Origin: a virus
DNA length: 64,000 bases
Reading direction: 5' to 3' (one strand)
Virus record (IMG/VR): IMGVR_UViG_3300030381_000254
Coordinates: 69,982-133,981 of that record
In this document: one piece after another, positions 38,813-48,579 of the stretch
Layout of the letters: every line of letters starts with the position of its first letter
Position numbering within the stretch: the stretch's first letter is position 1
Program-made: the position numbers and the translations under genes
Notes under the pieces: model-generated
The model's database searches: none
What the model was told of the DNA's origin: nothing
What the model saw: the letters and a program-made list of their open reading frames with translations, nothing else

Positions 38813-40438
38813 ATGGCAGAAGGAAAAAAAATTATTAAAGGAGCTGAATCACGTGAGAAAGTAATTAGTGGTGTTATCAAGATTGCAGATGCAGTAAAAA
38901 CAACTATTGGTCCCGCAGGAAAACATGTAGTAATTGCTAACAGTATGACTGGTCCTGAAATTTCTCGAGATGGTAGTATTGTTAGTAAATCTATATCTTT
39001 TAAAGATCAAGAAGAAAATATTGGAGCTCAGATTGTTCGTAAAGCAGCTGCAAGTACTGAAGATCAAGCTGGTGATTCAACCTCAACTACAGTAGCTCTC
39101 ATTGAAGAAATGGTGATTAAAGGTCAAAAAGCAATTCGTACTGGAGCTAATGTAAATGAAATTAAAGATGGTATGAAGAAAGCTCAGAAATGGGTTACTA
39201 ACTATATTGCTAAGAATTCTATTAAGGTAGATGGTGATCTTAATAAAATTCATAAGGTAGCAACAATTTCTGCTAACAATGATTCTACTATTGGAGATCT
39301 AATAGTATCATGTATGGAAAAAATCGGAACTGATGCAGAAATTCAAGCAGATTATTCTTCTGGTATTGATACGACTATTGATATTGTTCAAGGGTTTAAA
39401 CTTACTAAAGGATGGTCTAGTCCACAGTATGTAAATAGTCCGTCTGATGCAAAATGTGTAATGGAAAATCCATACATTATAGTAGTTGGAGAGAATATTA
39501 GTAATTTCAATCAGGTAGGTCCTATTATCGAACCTTTATGTAAAAGTGGTCGTCCTTTCTTGATTGTATGTAATGATATGTCTGATCAGGTAAATGGTAT
39601 TTTTATTCTTAATACTCTTCAAGGAAATATTCGTTGTTGTGTAGTTAAAGGAGTAGACTTTGGAGATAATAGAAAAAATATTATGGCGGATTTAGCTGTA
39701 TTTACTGGTGGAACATATTTGGATCCAGAAAATGGAATTTCAATCAATCAGGCTACATTAGAGGATTTTGGTACAGCAAATAAAGTTGTAGTATCTAGAG
39801 ATTCTTGTATTATCTATGAAGGAAATGGAGATAAGAGTATTATTAGTGAAAGAATTGAAACTTTGAAAAATCGAATTTCTGATCCTGACATTAGTGATTA
39901 CGATAAGAAGAAATATAGCTCTAGATTATCTCAATTAGCTGGGGGTATTGGATTAATTAAAGTTGGTTCTGCTAGTGAAATTGAAAGGGCAAATTTAAAA
40001 GCAACCGTTGAAGATGCTATTTTGGCATCTAAGAGTGCTTTGGCAGAAGGTTGTTCTCTCGGATCTGGATATACTTATTTCAAAGCATCACTTGAATTGG
40101 CTAAAGATAAGGAGTTCTGGAAAACATTGGTTGATGATGAGATTGAAGGAGCAAAAATTCTTCAAGAATCATTGCCAATTATTATGAAATCCGTAGTAGA
40201 AAATTGTGGAGTATCTCCTGATGTAGTATTAGAAAAGATTAAAACATCTAAACCTGGTGTAGGTTTCAATGCAAAAACAAAGAAGTATTGTAATCTTGAA
40301 GAAGAAGGTGTTTTAGATTCTTCTAAAGCATTAAGAGTAGCACTCGAAAATAGCGTATCTGCTGCATCTATGATATTATTGATTGATTGTACAGTTGTAG
40401 ATGAAGAAGATAAAAACGAAGATAATTTAATTAAATAA
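38813..40438 (+). CDS. groEL: Chaperonin GroEL-like, 541 aa
   Basis: The N-terminus KIIKGAESREKVISGV...TIGPAGKHVVIA...GDSTSTTVALIEE matches the GroEL ATP-binding motifs. It lacks the C-terminal GGM repeat. Confidence 0.8.
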   Translation: MAEGKKIIKGAESREKVISGVIKIADAVKTTIGPAGKHVVIANSMTGPEISRDGSIVSKSISFKDQEENIGAQIVRKAAASTEDQAGDSTSTTVALIEEMVIKGQKAIRTGANVNEIKDGMKKAQKWVTNYIAKNSIKVDGDLNKIHKVATISANNDSTIGDLIVSCMEKIGTDAEIQADYSSGIDTTIDIVQGFKLTKGWSSPQYVNSPSDAKCVMENPYIIVVGENISNFNQVGPIIEPLCKSGRPFLIVCNDMSDQVNGIFILNTLQGNIRCCVVKGVDFGDNRKNIMADLAVFTGGTYLDPENGISINQATLEDFGTANKVVVSRDSCIIYEGNGDKSIISERIETLKNRISDPDISDYDKKKYSSRLSQLAGGIGLIKVGSASEIERANLKATVEDAILASKSALAEGCSLGSGYTYFKASLELAKDKEFWKTLVDDEIEGAKILQESLPIIMKSVVENCGVSPDVVLEKIKTSKPGVGFNAKTKKYCNLEEEGVLDSSKALRVALENSVSAASMILLIDCTVVDEEDKNEDNLIK

Positions 40439-40455
40439 TAATTTTAAATATAATG

Positions 40456-40489
40456 CCTACCTAGAGACTTCTAGGTAGGTTTTATTTTA
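40456..40489 (+). terminator. Rho-independent terminator after groEL
   Basis: Hairpin cctacctagagacttctaggtagg followed by ttttatttta. Confidence 0.7.
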
Positions 40490-40500
40490 TTAAATATATT

Positions 40501-41067
40501 ATGATAACTGATATAATAGTAGAAAATAGATATTCTCCAGGATTAAATTTATATTTAAAATATACTTATATAATTCTTAACTATAAGATTGGATTAGTAA
40601 GTAATTTTAAGGACTATGATAATAAATTATTAGAAACTATAAAGAAAAAAGTAGATCTTAATTTATCAGTTGAGGATTTTTTTAAGAAATCTGTTGATGC
40701 AGTTAATGAATTTAATAGTAATAATACTGATGAAAAACATTTAAATGAAATAACATTTTGTATTCCAATGTCAATGTATCCAACTAAAATGGGATTTTCT
40801 AAATGTTTTGTAAAAAATTTAGAAAATACTAGAAGTATTTTTATACTTCCTAATTATTTGATTTTTGGAGAACTTGTTATCTCTAGTAATGTAAAGTATT
40901 ACTATGGTATTGACTTTGATATTGATCTATTAATTAATAGATTTCTAGAAAGTTTAAATAATCAATTTCTATCAGCTAAAGATTATTTAGAATTTTGTAA
41001 TTCTAAAAATGAAATAGAATTAGTAAGGTTTATATATTTTTTAGCGGATTATTTAAAACGCTCTTAA
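40501..41067 (+). CDS. Hypothetical protein, 188 aa
   Basis: ORF only. Confidence 0.35.
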   Translation: MITDIIVENRYSPGLNLYLKYTYIILNYKIGLVSNFKDYDNKLLETIKKKVDLNLSVEDFFKKSVDAVNEFNSNNTDEKHLNEITFCIPMSMYPTKMGFSKCFVKNLENTRSIFILPNYLIFGELVISSNVKYYYGIDFDIDLLINRFLESLNNQFLSAKDYLEFCNSKNEIELVRFIYFLADYLKRS

Positions 41068-41148
41068 AATACCTTGATTTCCTGATATGTGAGATTAATT
41101 AGTAAATTAATCTTAATTTAAATATTACTAATAAATAAAATTTTAATT

Positions 41149-41541
41149 ATGAAAAACGAAGATAAAGATTTACCATTATATGATGGCGGTAATAATAATG
41201 ATGAGTCAAATTATGATGATAATTTTGAAGATAATCAATTACCAAATATAGAAGAATTACCAGACTGCCCATTAACTGATGTTCTTTTAAATTCTTTAGT
41301 AATGCCAAAACCATTGGGATATATGTTTCCTCAAGAAAAAATGGAAGAATTTCTTAAGAATCGTGGATATAGAATAATAAAGAGATATTCTGAATCTAGA
41401 GGACAGGATTATAATGTAGCAGTAAAAGTTGGTTCTTCTTCTATTCCTGAAGATGATTACAGTAATGTAAGAGAGATTTTTGATAATGAAGTTCAAGATA
41501 TTTTATTATCTTGGTTATTGAAAATAGGAAAAGAAGCTTAA
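41149..41541 (+). CDS. Hypothetical acidic protein, 130 aa
   Basis: ORF with an Asp/Glu/Asn-rich N-terminus. Confidence 0.35.
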   Translation: MKNEDKDLPLYDGGNNNDESNYDDNFEDNQLPNIEELPDCPLTDVLLNSLVMPKPLGYMFPQEKMEEFLKNRGYRIIKRYSESRGQDYNVAVKVGSSSIPEDDYSNVREIFDNEVQDILLSWLLKIGKEA

Positions 41542-41578
41542 ATTCTTAATTATGTAAATAATTAAAATTTTTTAGATT

Positions 41579-43105
41579 ATGTGTAATAATAACATTACAG
41601 AACAATCATTAGAAAAATGGAAAACTTTAATTCAAGCTTGTAAAAACTATTATATTGACTCTCTTCCAACAGGAATGAGTGATAGTGAGTTTGATGAGTT
41701 GGAATTAAAGGCGATAAAGGAAGATGGTTTTTTTGCTAGAGATTATGTATTCAATACATATTTGAAAGGAACAAAAACCAAAAATAGTTGGATAGAAAAA
41801 ATAAAAAAGAAAAAAGTAGAAGGAATATCTATGTTAGATGCTCTTCGAAATGTAGAGAGAGAGTTTGGAGAAGAATTATTGTATGATTTAAAATATGATG
41901 GGGCTTCTATAGCTATTTACATAGATCCTACTACTGGGACTCCGATGAGAATCGTAACTGTAGGAAATCTAAACTTAGACAACTATGGTGTAGATCAAAC
42001 TTGGAAATTAATAAGCTTTCTTCCGAAAAAGTTTCCAAAAGGTATTGTTGCTATTCAAGCCGAAGCTCTTGTAGATTTAAATAGGTTGGGAGATTCTGAC
42101 CCAGATACTGCAAGACAAAAGGCTAATGGATTAGTAAATTCTAAGTATCTTGTATCAGAAGTAAATAATTATTTAACATTAAGAGCTTATAGATTTTATA
42201 TTGATCCTAATATCGATAAGGAAAGTTTTTGGAAATCGTATAATTATGATTTTAGAAATGTAATAAATTCATTTGAAATCACATATTCTCCTATAGACGG
42301 ACATATTTTATTTGCACCAGCATCAATTTGGACTTTAAAGGATTTAGAATCTGCTCCTGGATATACAGAAACGTTAAAAACTATTACTCCAACCGGTTAT
42401 TTTTTAAATGATGGTTGGGTGATATACAACAAGTTGGGAGTATGTATAGGAGCGCTTAAATATTCTGGAGCTGGAAATGATACTGAGTTGGTAAAAACAG
42501 AAGTATTAGGAATTCAATGGAATTCTCAAGTTGCTAAAGGAAAAGATAGTTGGTCAGCAAATATTTTAATTAATCCAATACAGATAAAAGGATGTACTAT
42601 AAAAAAACCTTCAGCAGGAAGTGTTAGTAAAATGGTATCAAAGAAAATAACTCCTGGATCTATTGTTAGTATTATAATGGCAAACTCTACTATTCCAATG
42701 GTTGGAGAATCATTTAAAGAAGGTAATGGAGATTTTCAATGGCCTACTTGTCCATGTGGATATACAATGTCTGAAAAAGATGTATATGGAAGTTTATTAA
42801 AGTGCGGTAATCAACTGTGCAGTGAAAGAATGGGAAGAATGAGATCATATTTATCTTCTCTTCAACCAAATTTAGTTGGATTTGATTTAAATAAATATCT
42901 TGTTATTGATAGGTTTAAGTGGGAGAACACTAATATAGATTTATCAATATTATTCTCATTTGTTGAAAATAACAATGAGCAAGGATTTTTTGAATACCTA
43001 GCAGGATATTTAACTACTCAATTACAGCTTAGAAATTTAAACTTAGTTTGGAAAGCAGGATTTATTGTTTTAAGAGAATATTATGAAAAGTTTATTAGAG
43101 TTTAA
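41579..43105 (+). CDS. ligA: NAD-dependent DNA ligase (compact LigA-like, no BRCT)
   Basis: The N-terminal Ia-like LIQACKNYYIDSLPTGMSDSEFDELELK fits AxxxYYxxDxPxxSDxEYDxL. The adenylation motif is LKYDGASIAIY (KxDG). A C4 zinc finger CPCGYT...CGNQLC is present. Confidence 0.65.
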   Translation: MCNNNITEQSLEKWKTLIQACKNYYIDSLPTGMSDSEFDELELKAIKEDGFFARDYVFNTYLKGTKTKNSWIEKIKKKKVEGISMLDALRNVEREFGEELLYDLKYDGASIAIYIDPTTGTPMRIVTVGNLNLDNYGVDQTWKLISFLPKKFPKGIVAIQAEALVDLNRLGDSDPDTARQKANGLVNSKYLVSEVNNYLTLRAYRFYIDPNIDKESFWKSYNYDFRNVINSFEITYSPIDGHILFAPASIWTLKDLESAPGYTETLKTITPTGYFLNDGWVIYNKLGVCIGALKYSGAGNDTELVKTEVLGIQWNSQVAKGKDSWSANILINPIQIKGCTIKKPSAGSVSKMVSKKITPGSIVSIIMANSTIPMVGESFKEGNGDFQWPTCPCGYTMSEKDVYGSLLKCGNQLCSERMGRMRSYLSSLQPNLVGFDLNKYLVIDRFKWENTNIDLSILFSFVENNNEQGFFEYLAGYLTTQLQLRNLNLVWKAGFIVLREYYEKFIRV

Positions 43106-43562
43106 AAAGGATTCTATATCGGTTAATTCTCCTAGCAAAGAATGGGAAGAGTTATATAAAAATTTAATAAATTTATTTATAGAATGGAATATTGAGGATA
43201 GAGTTTCTACTTTTGAATTTGAGTGGAATAATAAATTTGGTGTTATTGATGAAAAATTTGAACCAACATTTATAAAAAAATTAATAATACATGTTTTAGA
43301 TATACCCAATATTCCTATCTGGAAAGATATTTTTACAATAAAGAATACTACGTATAATCAATCATATCATGGTTCTGGGAGCAATACTTTAGTTTATCAA
43401 TATTATATGGAACTAGAGTTTAAAAGAAGTGTATTACAGAAACTAGATAGTGAGTGGGTATATGATAATTATTCTCTAGTTAAAGAATTTATGGAAGATA
43501 ATGAATTGTATACTAGATTATTTAAAATATCTAAATTATTTCCAATAAAAGTATATGTTTAA
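43083..43562 (+). CDS. Hypothetical protein, 159 aa
   Basis: ORF only. Confidence 0.35.
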   Translation: MKSLLEFKKDSISVNSPSKEWEELYKNLINLFIEWNIEDRVSTFEFEWNNKFGVIDEKFEPTFIKKLIIHVLDIPNIPIWKDIFTIKNTTYNQSYHGSGSNTLVYQYYMELEFKRSVLQKLDSEWVYDNYSLVKEFMEDNELYTRLFKISKLFPIKVYV

Positions 43563-43953
43563 TATAACTCCGAGAAATTCTTTTATAAAAACAATAAATG
43601 ATACTGACTTTACCGATGTAGTAAGGTCAGTATATAAATTATTATCTGAAAAATATGGATATACAGCAAGAATATCTGATATATTTATATTATTAAGGGA
43701 TGCATTTGATATTAAAGAATTTTTACTACTAGACTTTAATAATATTAGAAGTATTGAATTTGAGTCTTGGTTAGTTGATATCTTTATTAATTGGAGAAAT
43801 GGACAAGAGGTAGATTTTGTTCAGGTATACAATGCTATATTAGAAGCCGGAGATTTTAGTATGAATGAAAAAAGTCTATTTACCTCTGGTTTAGTTGAAG
43901 AAAGATTATGGGCTATTTTTTTATTAATAGCCAATCCTAATATTAATATGTAA
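43555..43953 (+). CDS. Hypothetical protein, 132 aa
   Basis: ORF only. Confidence 0.35.
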   Translation: MFNITPRNSFIKTINDTDFTDVVRSVYKLLSEKYGYTARISDIFILLRDAFDIKEFLLLDFNNIRSIEFESWLVDIFINWRNGQEVDFVQVYNAILEAGDFSMNEKSLFTSGLVEERLWAIFLLIANPNINM

Positions 43954-43977
43954 AATTTAATTTAAATAGTTTATAAA

Positions 43978-44601
43978 ATGATTGAAGTAAATTTGTATTC
44001 AATTCCTACTCAAGATGTAAATTCAATGGTAGGTCGTTGTGTTGCTCGTAGCAGATTTAATAAAGAAAGTATGGGCGTAAGTATTATGGAATTTGTTAAA
44101 GGATTCCTTAAAAATAATTTATCTAATTTTGAAAGTTCGTTAGGTAATGAAGAATTAGTATCTTATATTAATTCTAGTAGTATTATGAGTACTAAGGATT
44201 TTTCTAGTATTAATTATTGGTTAGCTCAATCAGGATTTATGGTTCAGATTCAGAATGTAACCGATGATGAAGAAAATTCTACTGGAGTTCCTTCAGGTGG
44301 TGTAGTTGAGTGGAACGTTATTGATTATAACTTTATTCAGAATGACTATCCTACAGCAACTAAAATTATTCCAGGCGAAGGTATGGATATTCCAAGTGTT
44401 CTTCGTCAGATCGTAGAACAGTCTGGTTTATTTGATCAAAATAAGATGTCTGGTGTAAAAAATCCATTTACAGTTTTATTAAATAATATGGATAAGATTA
44501 AAAGTACTACAGGTTCTATAAGCCCATCTATTACTTCTCAAATATATAATCTTTTAGATCAGATGGGAATTAAAGTATTTTGTGCTACTAGTGAAGATTA
44601 A
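43978..44601 (+). CDS. Hypothetical protein, 207 aa
   Basis: ORF only. Confidence 0.35.
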   Translation: MIEVNLYSIPTQDVNSMVGRCVARSRFNKESMGVSIMEFVKGFLKNNLSNFESSLGNEELVSYINSSSIMSTKDFSSINYWLAQSGFMVQIQNVTDDEENSTGVPSGGVVEWNVIDYNFIQNDYPTATKIIPGEGMDIPSVLRQIVEQSGLFDQNKMSGVKNPFTVLLNNMDKIKSTTGSISPSITSQIYNLLDQMGIKVFCATSED

Positions 44602-44606
44602 TTATT

Positions 44607-45050
44607 ATGACAACTCTTCAAAATGATATTTTAGAAATATATAATTCATTAGTGGAGTTTTCAGACAATACTGTTAAATCTAATTTTCCTGTACCTATAA
44701 CAGTTAGGTATGAGAGAGAATCTAGATTATTAATTATGGAACAAAAAGGTAAGTCAGTATATTTAAATCTCCCTATATACTATTGTTTAGCATTAGAAGA
44801 TTTAAAAAAACCGACATATCTTTTACCAGAAGATTATGACTATCTAATGTCAACTCTCCAATCATTAATTGCATCTGGAGAGTTGATAAAAGATAGAACA
44901 TGTGTTAGTCCTGAAAACTATGGATTTGATGTATATGCAGTAAATATAAATGAAATGTATAAAGGACCAGGATTAATTGGACAAGTAAGATTTATTTCAG
45001 GTACATCTTGGTTTTTTAAGTATAGGACAAGAAAAAAGTATAAATTATGA
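44607..45050 (+). CDS. Hypothetical protein, 147 aa
   Basis: ORF only. Confidence 0.35.
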   Translation: MTTLQNDILEIYNSLVEFSDNTVKSNFPVPITVRYERESRLLIMEQKGKSVYLNLPIYYCLALEDLKKPTYLLPEDYDYLMSTLQSLIASGELIKDRTCVSPENYGFDVYAVNINEMYKGPGLIGQVRFISGTSWFFKYRTRKKYKL

Positions 45051-45586
45051 AAATTGATGGAACTATTATTATTACAGATCCTTGTTATTTTGTAAAAAAG
45101 GATGGAGATTGGTCTAGCGAAGATACTGGATTTAATTATGTAACTTGTAAAATAAATCCTTCTTTAGGATTTACAGATTATATTTGGGAAGCTACTAAAG
45201 TTGGAGACGGAAGATGGAAAGTCTCTGAAATGAATAAAGTTATGTGTCAACTAGAGTTAGAAAAATTTGTTGAGGACATAGAGGATGCTTATTATAGTTT
45301 TTATAAAAATTCTAATATTGATAATCAAATAAAGTTAGAAGATCTTATAAGATCTAGAAAAACTATAGGTAGATTTTGTGTAGACTCTGGAAGTTTTGGA
45401 GTATTTAAATTAGATGAAGTATTGAAATACTGTCCAGATTTTCTTTCTAGTTACGGAGATTGGTGTTATACTATTATTCCTAATTTTATTGGGGATGTTA
45501 ATTTTTATGAAGATTCAAATAATCAAGTTCATATTTTAGGAGTAGGTAATAAATCTTTTTATAGTAATACAGTATCATGGTTGTAA
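45047..45586 (+). CDS. Hypothetical protein, 179 aa
   Basis: ORF only. Confidence 0.35.
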   Translation: MKIDGTIIITDPCYFVKKDGDWSSEDTGFNYVTCKINPSLGFTDYIWEATKVGDGRWKVSEMNKVMCQLELEKFVEDIEDAYYSFYKNSNIDNQIKLEDLIRSRKTIGRFCVDSGSFGVFKLDEVLKYCPDFLSSYGDWCYTIIPNFIGDVNFYEDSNNQVHILGVGNKSFYSNTVSWL

Positions 45587-46008
45587 AAATAGTTAATAAA
45601 TCAAATAATCCAAATCCAAAGTACGCTAAACCAGGGGACAGTGGAATGGATATAAGAACTTTTATAGATGAACCCGTAGTGTTAGGACCTTTGGAAAGAT
45701 ATACTTTTCCTACAGGTATTTACTTAGATATTCCTGAAGGTTATGAAATTCAAATTCGTCCACGAAGTGGATTAACTAGTAATCAAGGATTAGTAGCTCA
45801 ATTAGGAACTATTGATTCTTCTTACACGGGAGAGCTAAAGATTACATTAATAAATCTTAGTAATGAAACTCATACTATTAATTCAGGTGAAAGAATAGCT
45901 CAAATAGTTTGTGCAAAAGTTGAAATCATAACTTTGGAAGAAGTAGATAAAATTGAAAAAATAACTGAAAGAGGAGGAAATGGCTTTGGACACTCAGGAT
46001 TACAATAA
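45577..46008 (+). CDS. dut: dUTP pyrophosphatase (dUTPase)
   Basis: The motifs are AKPGDSGMDIRT, IRPRSGL, GTIDSSYTGEL, RIAQIV and a C-terminal GGNGFGHSG. Confidence 0.8.
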   Translation: MVVKIVNKSNNPNPKYAKPGDSGMDIRTFIDEPVVLGPLERYTFPTGIYLDIPEGYEIQIRPRSGLTSNQGLVAQLGTIDSSYTGELKITLINLSNETHTINSGERIAQIVCAKVEIITLEEVDKIEKITERGGNGFGHSGLQ

Positions 46009-46417
46009 TAATAGTGAAATCAAAAGACTTCTTAGTATGAAAGGTACTAAGAGGTTAGAAATAGGTAATAACTTAACTGAGTACATACTAAATTATAATT
46101 ATTCAGAAAATACTCCAGGAATATCTTTAAGATTTCTAGAAACTAGAAAAAGAAGCGAAGAATTAGGGGATTGGGATAATTATTATGTATTGTTCAGCGC
46201 ATTAAAATATAATGATTCTATTGAATATTTAGATCATATATTTAAATCTATTTCGAAAATAATTAGTGATTGGTCTGATAAAATAGAAATTGATGTTATT
46301 GGATTACAAGAAGTAGATTGTAGTGAAGCAAAATATTATTATATATTAATTTATATATTAAGTAATGGAAGAGATAAAGAAATCGGAGAAAGAAATACTT
46401 TGTTCGGAGGAGAATAA
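45980..46417 (+). CDS. Hypothetical protein, 145 aa
   Basis: ORF only. Confidence 0.35.
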   Translation: MALDTQDYNNNSEIKRLLSMKGTKRLEIGNNLTEYILNYNYSENTPGISLRFLETRKRSEELGDWDNYYVLFSALKYNDSIEYLDHIFKSISKIISDWSDKIEIDVIGLQEVDCSEAKYYYILIYILSNGRDKEIGERNTLFGGE

Positions 46418-46811
46418 AGAAAGTATTAAATGTAAAGATCCAAATCCATATAGATATAGTAAACAATATATTTATGGATGGGATAATGCTATGTCTGTTG
46501 CAGCTGATATTTGGTCGAGTATACATTCTTCATTATTAAATGGAGAGCTAGTATTTGCTTATAAAAATTTAAATAGCGATTCTGAACTAGTTCAAATAGT
46601 TGTAGTAGTTAATTTATTTGATAAATTTGGGAATAAATTAATTAATTCAGACTTCGGAATTGGTATGGTTACATCAGGATATACTTCTTTACTTCCACAT
46701 GTACCACTAGATTACTTAGAAAATCAAGTAACTCAAGATCTTAAGAAATACAAAGTTAATAAAAAAATAATAGATAGTTTTAATGAAGTAATTAAAAATT
46801 ATAAACAGTAG
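46365..46811 (+). CDS. Hypothetical protein, 148 aa
   Basis: ORF only. Confidence 0.35.
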   Translation: MEEIKKSEKEILCSEENKESIKCKDPNPYRYSKQYIYGWDNAMSVAADIWSSIHSSLLNGELVFAYKNLNSDSELVQIVVVVNLFDKFGNKLINSDFGIGMVTSGYTSLLPHVPLDYLENQVTQDLKKYKVNKKIIDSFNEVIKNYKQ

Positions 46812-46816
46812 AAAAT

Positions 46817-47872
46817 ATGGGAAAAGATAATCAAAAGAAATTACTAGCATTAGATTATGGATATAGTTCTCTGAAGACAAGTTTTTATGATGAAAACGGG
46901 GTTCTTCAATTTGAGAAATTTATAAGCGCAGCAGCTAAATTGGGAGGAAAAGATTTAGTAGAAGATCCTAATGATGATACTATATTTTGTTTAAATGGTG
47001 AGTATTATGTTTTAGGAACTCCGGCACTTAAAGTTCCTAGATCTTTATTATATAGATTAGAGACATATGAAGATATGAAAGCTACTTATCCTATTTGGCT
47101 TTCTTATTTATTGAAAAGATATGGCGGTGATAATTGGTTAGATAGATTTGATCATGTAATTCTAGGTTTATCTTTAGCATTTAGCGATAAAGCTTCAGAT
47201 TTATTAGATCATTTATATGAATCATTAAATATTACTAAAGATAATTTCTTTCTCTGTCTTCCTCAAGGATTAAGTTGTAAACTTGCTTATCAGCAATTTG
47301 GTTTGGATTTGAGAGAAGTATCTAAAAAGAATGATGTGAAAATGCGAAATTACTTAATAGTTGATGGAGGATTTTTAAGTATTGATGCTGCACAAGTTCT
47401 TGATGGAAAATCTTCTGCTGGTGCTGCTATAGGATTAGCTAATACTGGGGTTATCTGTATAGTATATAAAATTATAGATTATTTATTCCAGAATTTTGAG
47501 ATGAAGATGAGTGTAAAAGAAGGTCAGACTGTATTGGATAATAACGGCTTATTTACACGAAGAATGAGAGAATATGATATTTCAGATAAAGTAAAAGAAT
47601 TTACTAGAGAATATCTTATTAATGTAATTAAACTATTAGAAGAAAAGTTTAGTGAATCACTAGATTCCATTGAAGGAATATTAGTTTGCGGAGGTCTTGC
47701 TTATTTCTTTAATAAAATGAAAGATGATGAGATTTTAAATAAAGAAATAGAAAAACACTTTCCAAAATCATTTATTAAGTTAGGTGGAAATGGTAGTGAT
47801 AGTGAATTCTATAATTCAATCAGTTATCTTAAAATTGCGGAAAAATTAATCGATGAAGGTCGTTTAAATTAA
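46817..47872 (+). CDS. Actin-like ATPase (ParM/Alp family)
   Basis: Phosphate-1 is LALDYGYSSLKTSF. Phosphate-2 is IVDGGFLSIDAA. The adenosine/GG motif is ILVCGGLAYFF. At 351 aa it has ParM-like size. Confidence 0.6.
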   Translation: MGKDNQKKLLALDYGYSSLKTSFYDENGVLQFEKFISAAAKLGGKDLVEDPNDDTIFCLNGEYYVLGTPALKVPRSLLYRLETYEDMKATYPIWLSYLLKRYGGDNWLDRFDHVILGLSLAFSDKASDLLDHLYESLNITKDNFFLCLPQGLSCKLAYQQFGLDLREVSKKNDVKMRNYLIVDGGFLSIDAAQVLDGKSSAGAAIGLANTGVICIVYKIIDYLFQNFEMKMSVKEGQTVLDNNGLFTRRMREYDISDKVKEFTREYLINVIKLLEEKFSESLDSIEGILVCGGLAYFFNKMKDDEILNKEIEKHFPKSFIKLGGNGSDSEFYNSISYLKIAEKLIDEGRLN

Positions 47873-47952
47873 TTAATATTAGAGAACATTAGAACAATTT
47901 ACGTACGATATTGTAAATTAGTCCTAATGTTCTTCTTTTTTATTTTAAAATT

Positions 47953-48498
47953 ATGAGTGATAAATCAAAGATAATATATGGTCAAGCTTATATAGTTGAA
48001 AGACCTGAGAATAATAAAGGAAGAGTCTTATATAGTTTAGTACAGGAACAGACTCTAATAGTTCCCGGACAGGGTGCTGCTAATAATACTGTAGAATTGA
48101 TAGGTGATGTAGTTGGAGATCTTAAATCAGAAGGTACATATAAATATAATGGAAAGAATTATTTTTATTGGGAATATAAAATGACTGATTCTGAGAATGA
48201 TGATGTTAATACTACAATTAAGTATGAATGTCCACAACCTAGTTATTTTGGAGATGATTTTTTTACTGAAGAAGATACTATAGATACAGTAAAAGGAGAA
48301 TACTCTAAATATTGGATAAAGAAAATAAATACAGCTAAAGATAATTTTGAATATAAAGCAGCTATTCAGAAGAAAGAAATTGTTTTTCCTGGAACAAGCT
48401 ATGTGAATCAAAAAGGAGAATTAGTTGAAGTTAAGGAAATAAGAAATGCCAATACTGAATTAGGCGATATAACTAATTTATTAGATCAATTATTTTAA
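47953..48498 (+). CDS. Hypothetical protein, 181 aa
   Basis: ORF followed by a terminator. Confidence 0.4.
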   Translation: MSDKSKIIYGQAYIVERPENNKGRVLYSLVQEQTLIVPGQGAANNTVELIGDVVGDLKSEGTYKYNGKNYFYWEYKMTDSENDDVNTTIKYECPQPSYFGDDFFTEEDTIDTVKGEYSKYWIKKINTAKDNFEYKAAIQKKEIVFPGTSYVNQKGELVEVKEIRNANTELGDITNLLDQLF

Positions 48499-48502
48499 AT
48501 AA

Positions 48503-48537
48503 AAGAGAAAGGTATGAGTACCTTTCTCTTTTTTCTT
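48503..48537 (+). terminator. Rho-independent terminator
   Basis: Hairpin aagagaaaggtatgagtacctttctctt followed by ttttctt. Confidence 0.7.
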
Positions 48538-48538
48538 C

Positions 48539-48568
48539 CTTTTAAATCTTTATATATGAGAAAAATAA
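48539..48568 (+). promoter_or_regulatory. Conserved phage promoter-like motif
   Basis: ttttaaatctttatatatgagaaaaataa lies just upstream of the gene at 48580. Confidence 0.5.
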
Positions 48569-48579
48569 TTTAATATATT

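Noticed and set aside
45577-46008. Idea that the phage might be an AR9/PBS1-like uracil-DNA phage, since those also have intron-containing multisubunit RNAP genes in AT-rich genomes.
   Set aside because: The presence of a canonical dUTPase argues against deliberate dUTP incorporation. No dUTPase-inhibitor or dTMP-phosphohydrolase signatures were recognised in this window. It cannot be excluded without the full genome.
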